Below, one piece after another: positions 47,211-57,695 of a stretch of DNA of 64,000 nt. Source of the stretch: Malacoraja senta (Eukaryota). The stretch's first letter is position 1. Each line of letters opens with the position of its first letter. The notes beneath the pieces are model-generated. The model saw nothing but the letters and a program-made list of their open reading frames with translations, was not told where the DNA came from and searched no databases. The position numbers were made by a program, and so were the translations under genes. The stretch is from positions 2,482,001-2,546,000 of the forward strand of contig CM075998.1 of assembly GCA_038087875.1 (NCBI GenBank), given 5' to 3'.

Positions 47211-47342
47211 AGTCTGAAGAAGGGTCTCGACCCGAAACGTCACCCATTCCTTCTCTCCAGAGATGCTGCCTGTCCCGCTGAGTTACTCCAGCTTTTTGTG
47301 TCTATCTTCGGTTTAACCCAGCATCTGCAGTTCCTTCTTACA
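47211..47342 (+). mobile_element. Single Penelope-pLTR copy in the tns2 3' UTR with an intact HHR-like core
   Basis: AGT-CTGAAGA-A-GGGT-CTCG-ACCC-GAAAC-GTC-ACCC...; full arm to TTACA. Confidence 0.8.
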
Positions 47343-50300
47343 AGCTTCTTTAGAAACATCAGTTTTCCTCTTAGAAACATTCCCTTCTCTCTGTTTAATG
47401 TCCACTTTAGTCTCTAGGTGGATAATCAGACTGCATGAGATTCCTTTTCATCTGAACTCTTGTTCGATGGCACCACTTTGTGAGTGGCGGTGTTCAGTAG
47501 GGCCTTGCTCCCTCACAGCCCAGCTCCCTTTCAGAGAGTGGTGGTGAGTTAAGTTGACCATCCTGTACACTGCCTACGTTGTGCTTTGCTGAGGATTCTC
47601 ATTGTAACTGCCCGTGTAAAGGGGAGCCCTGCAGGCTTGATTACTGAGTGATGCTGCATGTGAATAATACAAAGAGTATGTGCAAATTGTGAAGGAGGGG
47701 GACTAAATAAGGATGAAAGGGGATGTGGGATGATTGAAGGGTGGTAGACAGATTGGGATCAATGTTAGATCCAGACTTGTGAAACCAGGAACTCGCTCAA
47801 ACTCACATAGGGAGTTTTCAGAGTATCTGGTGCAGTGTAAATGTCCCTGGCAGCTTGGAGTGTTCACAGTTGTATAAAGACACCACCATCTTCCACAGCA
47901 GAAAGTCTTTGATCATAAGGCTATCTAGTTCAGAGCAGGTCTAACTGTAATATTAGTCCGACAGTGAAAGTGGAATATTGGTCTGACATTTATCGAGACT
48001 TTCAATGAAAGCCGCTGGGAGAATGAAGCTGGTGAGAACTCAGTTGGATGTGACTAAGGATGAAGTGTGATGGATTTGGGTGGGACTCCTTGCCAGCAAC
48101 TATAGCGCATCTTAACTCGCCAAAGCTTTGTTTTGTGGAATGATAGAATGAACAGTCCTTCCGACTGATATCAGAATAGGTCAGTCTGGGCACAAACCAG
48201 CTCATGTATCGGAGGGAATTGGACGTGGGCTAGGGTGTGTGTCTAGGCTCAAAACCAGCGCTGTTCTGTTCAGCAGACAGTCTGAGTTTGCTCAGAAAAC
48301 AGGCTAATTAAAGAGTGGAGGAAGCAGAAACTACAGCTACCTTTCCCCCAATAGAACCATGAAAGTGACCAGGTTATCTTCTGAGTTACTTTTATTACCT
48401 ACAAACCAGACTCGCCTTCCCAAAATAAAAATCCACGTGGAGACCTAATTTGCAAGGGCTGCTCTCTCAGTTCCTGGGCCATTACACCATGGTTGTTCCA
48501 TTGGGAATAAGCCAAGACCAAGCAAGATTGGGTGCCGAGATGTGAGCTCCCCCTAACGTGGCGTTGGCTGAATGTTGATTTCTGCCACACTTCCCATGGG
48601 ATGGACGGAGTTTGTTTGCCCCTTTAAGTATTCTCAGCACCAAAACATGGAAACCCATCCCATACTTTGCCACTCTGCCCTCCCTTCTGCCCTGATTTAC
48701 ACTTGTGAATGATCAGTCCACCTGCTGCACAACCTGGCATTAAAAAAAAACGTTTCAATCCCCTGGTAGCAATGTTTCAGGTGGATGAAGTTTCACTGGA
48801 GCACTGACAGACCTTCCACTGAAAGGTCATTAACCTGTCAATGTTAACTGTTTCACTCTCCATCGATGCTGCCTGACCTGCTGATGTTTCCAGCATTCCC
48901 TGTTTTTACGACAGGTTCTAGGCATCTGCAGTGTTTGTTTTTGGGTCAATCGGAAATGTTAGCAGGTGGTCTCCCAGAACCTTGCTGCTCTTGTCCTGAA
49001 TTCCCTTGCACTGCCTCCTTCTCACTGCACCGTCAGGGACATCTTTGATGCTTGGTTGGTTTTGAATGTCAGCATAGCCAAACACTCTAACCTACCACAA
49101 ATTCCATGTGACAGATCCCTGAGAGAATCGGGTGTGCATCAGTAAGTGCCACAGTGTGGTAAAGCATCCTTCATTCAGCAACAGCTACCCTCATTCCTAT
49201 TATTGCCATCTCTCCCAACAACCAGCCTAGATGCTTCTCTGGGTGATGGATGGTTTGTGCAGTGGCCTCCTGAGCTGGCCATCTGATTTCACCTTGGGAA
49301 CCTCAGATACCACACTCCACCCCCTCAACCCCACTACCACTGGACTGTAGAAGGGGAGTAAGATGGAACCTAGCGCTCACGCATCCTGTAGCTTTTCTGC
49401 AGTTCAAGTTCTTGCCTCTGATCTCCAGAACTGGCCTCTGAATCAGCCTTGACTAATGTTGCATTCAATTATTTGAATCGCATGTGCTGGCCTGCAGAAG
49501 CACTCATTTGCCTTTGAAATGCTAGTATAAATGGCCTTGGTCTCTATTCTAATGTAAACAGGAACCATGGAGCTAGTAACAAACAGTGATGCTCAGCACC
49601 AGATTCCTGGATATATATAATATATATTGTGTGTATATAATATATTGTGCTGCGTATCTGAATGTGTTGATGACAAAGATTGGCTATTATATGATCTCAG
49701 AGTAGAGTCACAACACCTGACAAATGGTGAATTCATGTGATAGTTTCTGCTGTGCCTGTTCAATATGCCAATGTATTTTATTGGGGCACGTAACTGAGAG
49801 ACCCTTGGAAACGGATTAGTGTTGATGAGTTATCACCACGGGTCACCGCTCCCTCAGGTGGGAAACATGGAGTATGAGTTTCTAGCCTGAACACACAAAT
49901 GTCCTTCCTCACTTCTGGGTCCGAATGCTCACGTGGCTTCCAACCAAATACAAAGTCTTGGCCAACACCAGTAAAATGAATGATTTGGTGGTCATTGCTG
50001 TGTGCAATTTACAACACATTTCACTTCAGATGTTCATCAAACGCTTTGGATATCTTGAGCTTGTGGAAGGTGCTGTAGGAATGTAATTCTTTTCTCCCCC
50101 ATTGCAGCTTTCTGCAGCTGGTGAGAGGTTGCCACAGACATAGGTCAACCCTCCAACACCAGACACCTTGTCATTGAGAACACATGCAAGATATCTTTTA
50201 AAGATACCAAGCAGCTAAGGGACCGACAATGGATGGTTGAAGGGAAGGGTTTTCGGCAGCTTTTGATGGTGAGTGTGGATGTAGCTCAGCAAACACAGAC

Positions 50301-52634
50301 CCCCCCCCCCCCAGAGAGCCCTTGCCCACAATTAAACCACTCTACACAGTCACTTAGTACAAAAGCCTGCAGTGTGGAGATTTGTCTTTCAAACTAATGT
50401 GTTTGCAAATGGCCTTCTGGTTACGTGCTTGAATAAAAGGAGGAATCACGAGCATTCATTTCAGTGAAGAAAAATATATTTTTTATGTTCTTTTTCAGAT
50501 ATAGACATGTCAAAAATATTAATCCAAGAGATTTCATTATTACCATGATAAACAGTCACAAAATGTCAGTCAGTCAGTCACTGCTAACTGTGTTGTAACC
50601 TTTATGTTTAACGATATACTCAAAGTTTGGCTTCACAGATTAATCAAAGCTAAGAACAACCAGGGCCTTACTGGCAATGTTGCTTTTCCTCGTTTTGGGG
50701 GAGGAGGGTGGTTCGGCTGGTGGAATTGCAGATGTTACTGATGACGAGAGAAGAGATTTGTAGCACACCGCTCTACAGTGCTGCTCTCTGAGCTCTGACC
50801 TCACATTGGTGCATTAGCTTGTGGATAGTGAGCAGGAACAGGGAGTCCCTTGGCCCGAATCTTGCCAGGGGCTAGAAACAAAGAAGGAGGCAGGCAAGGC
50901 AATGATCATGATATTTGGGGTAAATTGCAAAATGACTAAATAGCCAGAGGCCTGAGCCATTAAGCCAGGGTCACGTTCAAATCCCACCATGACAGCAGGG
51001 GAATTCAAATTCAGGTAGATTAATTAAATAAATCTGTAATATAAAGCTAGTTCACTATAGCCTGGGTCCCTGTTATAGTGTATTCTTGAAATGACCAAAT
51101 TCTCATAAAAACCCACTAATGCACCACTGTGCTTAAGGGAAGGAAATCTGCCTACCTTACCCCAGATGTGATTCCAGACTTTTAACTGCTCTCTCAGAGC
51201 CACTTGGCTCAAGGGCCAGGGAAGTGTGGACGATAAACGCCATGTCTTTTGAAGGAATAATAAACCACAATTAGAATGATTGGGCTCCCCCAAGCAGTGG
51301 TGGGGAGATGAGAGAGAGAAAGTGGCAGCTCCCACTCACCTGCACATCCGTGGAATGGGTTCTATTTTACGTAAAATTAGACAGTAGCCTTTCCAATCCT
51401 TGCTCTAATTTGCCCATCGTGAAAAATATATCATCCCATAAAGTACACAATGAGTGGGGAAGGTTCTTTTTCAGATGGTTGCCCAGCAAAGTCTCAAACC
51501 CACTTTGCCTGTGTGGTACTGGCTGTTACTTTGCAAATATGTGATGCTGAGGTAGCCCTTGGACTGAGTGGCAAAAAGGTATATATTTGAAGAGCTTTCA
51601 ACATTACTGTATATTACATATTTTAATCAAAGTCTATAGTTTTATTTGTATAGCTCAGACATTTATTTTGCCTGATAATGGAGAATTTATGGAATAAGCT
51701 TTAGTCAAGAATGTATAATATATTATCCTTATGCCGTTACTTTTTTTGTGTATGAGGTGTGATATCAAACACCAGCTAAACACGTTGTGTATTCTTTTGT
51801 GGGAGTGCCTTGTGTAAGTGTCTGTTTTCCAAGCACACAGCGAAGTTCGACCCTTGTATTCTCTTGTTGAATTCAGCTCCGAGGATGTCCTCTTGGCCTT
51901 TTTCCCCAAACCTTTACATGAAGTTGTCTGGTGCAGGTGGGACAGGCCAAGATCTGGTGCTGCTCTCGGTTGAGACATAAAGAAGGAGCACCTCTTCAGC
52001 TCATCAGTTGTCCATTTCCCCTTCAAAATATAATTTCTGCATGAAAATGTGCATTGCTGTGTGGCTGCTTTCTAGTTGGGAAAAGACTTAGAACTTTGTC
52101 TCACATTTCGGGACCTGAAGCCCCCTCATTCACTCTCTGACAGGAAAAGATGCTAAAAAAAAACGTAAAAAACCTAGGATCCAACGAGGTGAATAATTCA
52201 CAGAGGTTTTACAGAAAAAAAAATCAGGCTTTAAAAAGTTGCTGGAAAAGTTGTGCAAGAAGCAGGTTAGGTTTACTGTGCATAAATCTGTAAAGCTGCT
52301 GTGGAACGGAGGGGGAAAGAGAGGGAAAGCGACAAATGCCACTGGAGAGTTGAGTAGAGCTCCTGTCAGGTATAACATTCATTTTAGCATGAGAGATGAG
52401 GTGAAAGATCTCCATGGGACAGCTCGCTCCCATAGTTGATCAGAGTGACTTGGACTTTTGTTTCCTGTGTTAAATCTTTAACTACTGTCTGTCCTTTTTA
52501 TTTAAACAAAACACAGGGAAATCCTGCTGTGCTTTGGTTCTACCTGGAAACAGCTTCTGTTGCTGGAGAAGTTTTTTCCTCACCCCTCTCTCCTCCCTCC
52601 ACCTGAGGCACACTCCTTACGCAAATTACCAACA

Positions 52635-52998
52635 TTGGATAGGCTTGGATAGAGTGGATGTGGAGAGGTTGTTTCCACTAGTGGGTGAGTCTAGGACTAG
52701 AGGTCACAGCCTCAGAATTAAAGGATGTTCTTTTTGGAAGGAGATGAGGAGAAATTTCTTCAGTCAGAGGGTGGTGAATCTGTGGAATTCTTTGCCACAG
52801 ATGGCTGTGGAGGCCAAGTCAGTGAATATTTTTAAGGCAGAGATAGATAGATTCTTCGTTAGTACAGGTGTCAGAGGTTATGGGGAGAAGGCAGGAGAAT
52901 GGGGTTAGGAAGGAAAGATAGATCAACCATAATTGAATGGCGGAGTAGACATGTTGGGCTGAATGGTCGAATTCTACTCCTATTCCTTATGATCTTAT
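52635..52998 (+). mobile_element. CR1-clade LINE 3' fragment (family A) inside the putative 3' UTR
   Basis: [24 protein letters not shown]...; tail cttatgatcttat. Confidence 0.88.
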
Positions 52999-53499
52999 TT
53001 GTTTACCAGTCTCGACCCAACATGGCAACAAGCTATTTGATCAAGGGCGTAGTCACAACCATAACTGCCTTGTCCACACGGCACATCTCTAGCAGGGGTT
53101 GTCAGTGGGCACTTGGGAATCCTGGATTGCAACAAGGGGATCAAAGCAGTATTGTCAGTAAATGCCCTTACTTTACCTGTTTGAACTCAGCCAGATTGAA
53201 CCCTGGCTCAGTTGGGGGACATTATAAATGTACGCCATTTGTGGGTAGGTTTTGAGACCGAGACAAGCACTGACTGACTTGTTTTCACCTCTGTTCCTCC
53301 AGACCATGTGTGAATAATGTGTGCTTGGAGCAGTTGAGAGAATATTTTGTTTTCTTGTACTAACAGTGGCAAGAATGCTACAGCGGCGCCGCCTGCTGGA
53401 AGATGTGAGATGCTGTTGGAATTTGTTTCAATGTTTCCTGTGCCAATGTAGAGTTTATGGGACTCCTGTGCTGCAATGTATAACAGAATTTAATTTGTT

Positions 53500-53505
53500 A
53501 ATAAA
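53500..53505 (+). terminator. Candidate distal polyadenylation signal of tns2
   Basis: AATAAA preceded by two TGTA motifs and a U-rich tract, with T-rich sequence downstream. Confidence 0.5.
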
Positions 53506-54969
53506 ACAGCAAGCGCTAGAAATTATTTCTAAAGACGTTGAGTTGCATTTACATCAAATTATTTTTTAGAAATCAGTTTAAGTAAGAATGGCCATGGATT
53601 GTCATTAAACCGTCTAGTTACCTCTCTCTTTATCAGTCTGGACTCTGTAATTCCAGACCCAAGCATGGAAATGATGCTGGGACCAAGAGCGACGGGGAGG
53701 GCGGGTGATACGGGTTTTGAATTTGATAGCAAGTTTCACGTTGACGGTGTTGTAGGCTGGCCGTTGGAAGAGATTATAAAAAGGGTATGGTCATAACAAT
53801 ATTGACAGAACACCCTGTTCTCCCGGTTCAACCTGATGTGTTATTTTGATGCAAGTTCCTCAATAACTTACAGGGCAATTACACTAGAAGTATGCAATAG
53901 AGCTACAACTATTTGAAATGCCATTACATTAGGACCTTTAAAACTAGTTATTTTGCATTCTATCAGTGTTTCCAAGTGGCCGTGTGTCAAGATACAAGAT
54001 ACATTGATTTGTCACATGTGCCAGTTGGCACAGTGAAATGTGATCAACTCACCCCTGCCACAGGAGCCGGCTAATTTCAGGAGAGACACCAAACCTCAGA
54101 TGTGCAATGATTCGGCCTGGGCAGCTCTGGAGGAATGGCATTCCTTGCTGAAACGTCCCCAGCAAAGTAGTCACAAAAAGCTGGAGTAACTCAGCGGGAC
54201 AGGCAGCATCTCTGGAGAGAAGGAATGGGTGATGCTTCAGGGTCGAGAGCCATCTTCAGCCTGCTAAGTAGACCCGGCAAAGTAGTAGTAGTAGGAAGTG
54301 ACTGCGAGCAACACAACAAACACCACATTTCCCAAGAAACATATCCGAGTATTTCCATCATATAAACTTGACATTTGGCCCCACTGATCCATGCTGATGC
54401 TCACGCATCCTCTCATCATCAAAGCAGTGGCTCCGTTCATTTCCCTGCAATGTAACGACCTACTGGCCTCCTGAAGATGGCTTGAATGGAACTTATTCCA
54501 AGAGTGTTTTGATTTGTTCAGGTATTGTATCTCACCGCTACATTTAAGACATGGAGAGTCCTGGTAAGAGGTTGGAGGTTCCAAAACCTGGGGTCAGGTA
54601 TTTGGGGCTGATGGGTCGAATGGCCTCCTCCTGTCCCCCAAAATGTCTTAACTTAGAGATATGAGGGTGTCTGGAATAGGGCGCCTGGGATATTTTAACG
54701 CTAGGCAACCGAATGCTAACATAAACAGAACACGTTGGAAACACTCAGCAGATCAGACAGCATCTGTGGAGATAGAAACAATTAATCAGGTCCGGTGCCC
54801 CACAGAGAGAAAACAAGTACGTTTTCCGTGGCAGAGAAGCTGGTGGATGGGGAGAATGGCAGAACAGAGGGAATATCTGTGATAGGATGAGACAAAATGT
54901 GCTAATACGGCAGACATTAAAAAACCCATGGAGTTGGCAGAAAAGGATTGAAGTGGATCTCATTGGTAT

Positions 54970-55540
54970 CGATTTACTGTTACGTGTACCGCGATACAGT
55001 GAAAACTTTGTATGTGTGCAGTCAAGTCAAGTCATACCATACATGAGTACAAGAGCTAGTGCAAAAAGAGAAAACAAACGTGACTGCAGATTAAAAAACA
55101 GTGCAAGAGCTGCAACGAGGCAGATTGAGAGATCGTGAATGCATCCTTAGCTGATGAGTGGAGCGTTCAAGAGTCTGATAATAGTAGGGAAGAAGCCACC
55201 CTTGAACCTGGTGGTACATGTTTTCAAGCTTTTGTATCTTTTGTCCAACAGGAGAGGGGAGAAGAGGGAATGATTGGTGTGTGACTGGTCCTTGATTATT
55301 TTGGCTGCTTCCCTGATGCAACGTGAGGTGTAGATGGAGCCATAGGTGGAGCGGCTGGAGACTAATTTGTGTAATAGAATGGGCTGCACTCACAACTCTC
55401 TGCAATCTCTAGCGGTCTTGGGCAGACTAGTTTCCATATCAAGCAATGATGCTTTCTACAGTGCATCTGTAGGAGTTGATAAATGTCATTGGAGACATGC
55501 TGAATTTCTTTCATCTTCTGAGGAAGTAGAGGCCTTGGCG
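54970..55540 (-). mobile_element. Rex1/Babar-like LINE 3' fragment
   Basis: LQRVV...; AAKIIKDQSHTNHSLFSPL..KRYKSLKTCTTRFKGGFFPTIIRLLN. Confidence 0.7.
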
Positions 55541-56129
55541 TAGAGTTGGACTAGGGCAAAATGTTGATGATATTTATGCCTGGGAACTTGAAGCTCTGGA
55601 CCATCTCCACTTCAGCATCATTGATACAGACTGGGGTTTACTCCAGCCCAGTTCCTGAAATTGATGACCAGCACTTTTGTTGAATGATGGAGCAGGAGCA
55701 AAGCTAGAATGGTCTACTCCTGTGTACCTAACCGTGAATGTTATTGCAATGTACATCACCATTTAGCTGCTGCTTGCACACTATGAACCACACACTGCAT
55801 CAGCCCACAAATCCCCAAACTCCAAAAGAGTAAATCAATCTATTTTGATGCACGAGACATTCTGCTAGAGGTGCAGTGAGATAAATGGAAAGAGCCAATG
55901 GTGATTAAAATGCAGCAGGAAATGCTTTGCGTGATATACATCCTGTTATCCGTACCCTAGCAACACCAGATACCAGGGCTGTTTGCATTATCCCGTACTG
56001 TCTAAAAAGAAGGGTGGGGTGTGAGAGTTTCACTTTAACTGGCCAGTTCCCCCAGTTTAATCAGGAATAATGAGCAGGTGGAAGAGCCACTTCACACTGC
56101 ACCTGCTTTCACCCAGTATGGTTACCACT

Positions 56130-56410
56130 GTACTATGGAAAACCAGGCAACCAATTTATACACAGCAAGATTCCACAAACAGCACCATGTAACATAACCA
56201 TGTAAGATTTCCAAGATCTTGACTGAAGGATAAACTGTTGCCCTGAGAACTGGGAAGAAATGGCTGGTTCTTTGAAATAGTGCTGGGGGTGCTTTAACAG
56301 CCACTCACAAGTAGGCAGGGCTTTGGCTCAATCCCTCATCTGAAAGATGGTGCTCTTGATAATCTCACACCCCTGCCACACTGGACGACTGCTTGGATTT
56401 TTGATTGAGA
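56130..56410 (-). mobile_element. Ancient Deu-domain SINE relic (SacSINE1-like)
   Basis: Minus strand resembles ...gctgtttgtggaatcttgctgtgtataaattggttgcc.... Related relics near 7810-7945, 15560-15735, 29870-30130 and 43010-43175. The family name comes from a recalled consensus. Confidence 0.5.
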
Positions 56411-56959
56411 GTTTGTGCAGCACATCAATCAAGGGCAACATTGGTACAAATTGAACCTCCTGTGTACGCAGGTGACCCTACAACCTTGAACTGGGTATTA
56501 GAACCAAGTTGCAGTACATCCAAATACAATGCTTTCTATTGTGCATCTGTACAATTAGTAAGAGTCGTTGGAGACATGCTGAATTTCCTTGTTCTTTGGA
56601 GGAAGTAGAGGCATTAGTGTGCTTTTGTGGGTGTAGTCTAGGTGAGAACATGGTTGAAGGGCAAGAGAAACCCCTCATGAGTTCTTCCAGCAATTTGGTT
56701 TATGTTCCATTTTCCAGCATATGCAGCTACTTGTGTCTCCATATTACTGTTCCATTGCAAACACTCCTCAAAGTAGCCTACCTTTAAGTTCCCCTCCTCT
56801 CTCCAATTGGAGTTCTGAGAGTCTCTCTCTCACTGCCTCCCCCCTGTGATTTTACTGCTCTCCTGTTCTTTGACCACGATCTCACCCAGACTAGTTACTA
56901 GAGCCACGCATTTCTCTATTCCTCTATTCCCCCATACCTGGTCTATCCATCAATCCTCA

Positions 56960-57350
56960 CCTGGATCCAGGTGTCTCGTTCTCACACCTTACACTTCCTT
57001 ATCTCATTATCTCTCCCTTCCCTGACTCTCAGTCTGAAGAAGGGTCTCGATCCAAAATGTTACCCATTCCTTCTCTCCAGAGATGCTGCCTGTCCTGCTG
57101 AGTTTCTCCAGCATTCTGTGTCTATCGTCGGTGTAAACCAGCATCTGCAGTTCCTTCCTGCACATGTGAACATTGAGGATGGACACAAAATGCTGGAGTA
57201 ACTCAGTGGGTCTGATTGAGTGTGAAGAAGGGTTCCAACTGGAAACGTCGCCCATCCATGCTCTCCACAGATGCTGCCTGACCCACTGAGTTACTCCAGC
57301 ACTCTGTGTCTAAGTTCTGTTAGAGCAGCATCTGCAGTTCCTTCCGACAA
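56960..57350. mobile_element. Cluster of Penelope-pLTR copies directly upstream of the CpG promoter
   Basis: Sense arm at 57031-57165, then a second, more diverged palindromic copy at about 57178-57348. Confidence 0.7.
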
Positions 57351-57359
57351 ACGCCATCA

Positions 57360-57655
57360 GAGACAGTGTCGCGATTTGCTCAAATGTCCCGCCCCATCCC
57401 GCACGGCGTGATCTCCATTGGCTAATCTCTTCTATTCCGCCGCTTTCATTGGCCAACTGTGTGGCGAGAGTCGACCATTGGGGGAGCAGAAGACCAGTTC
57501 GGCCGCTGTGATTGGCCGGCTGCGGTGACGGCACAATGCACTTGTTGCAGTGACGCGGGCGCCGCTGGGTTGGTTGCGGCCGCTGTCAATCACAGGCGTG
57601 CCTGTTGTTTCCTGCAGTGACTCGAGCAAGTTGAGGAGATCCAGCAGCTGCTCCA
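57360..57655 (+). promoter_or_regulatory. CpG-rich promoter/5' UTR with four reverse CCAAT boxes, a GC box and TGACG half-sites
   Basis: High local CpG density; ATTGG at 57417, 57448, 57477 and 57511; CCGCCC at 57389; lies directly upstream of the ATG at 57656. Confidence 0.75.
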
Positions 57656-57695
57656 ATGGAGGGGGTGCTACACAAATGGACCAACTATCTGAGTG
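57656..57695 (+). CDS. plekha8: Coding exon 1 of a FAPP-family PH-domain gene (PLEKHA8-like/PLEKHA3-like); the rest lies beyond the window
   Basis: ATG GAG GGG GTG CTA CAC AAA TGG ACC AAC TAT CTG AGT G|gtaagt = MEGVLHKWTNYLSG, against recalled PLEKHA8 MEGVLYKWTNYLSG and PLEKHA3 ...YLTG. Consensus donor. The paralog assignment is tentative. Confidence 0.8.

Larger units (their letters stand above)
47106..53525 (+). other. tns2: Probable long tns2 3' UTR
   Basis: No further coding exons after the stop. AU/UGUA-rich tracts near 51590-51720 and 53440-53500. AATAAA at 50432, 51259 and 53500. The end point is inferred. Confidence 0.5.
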
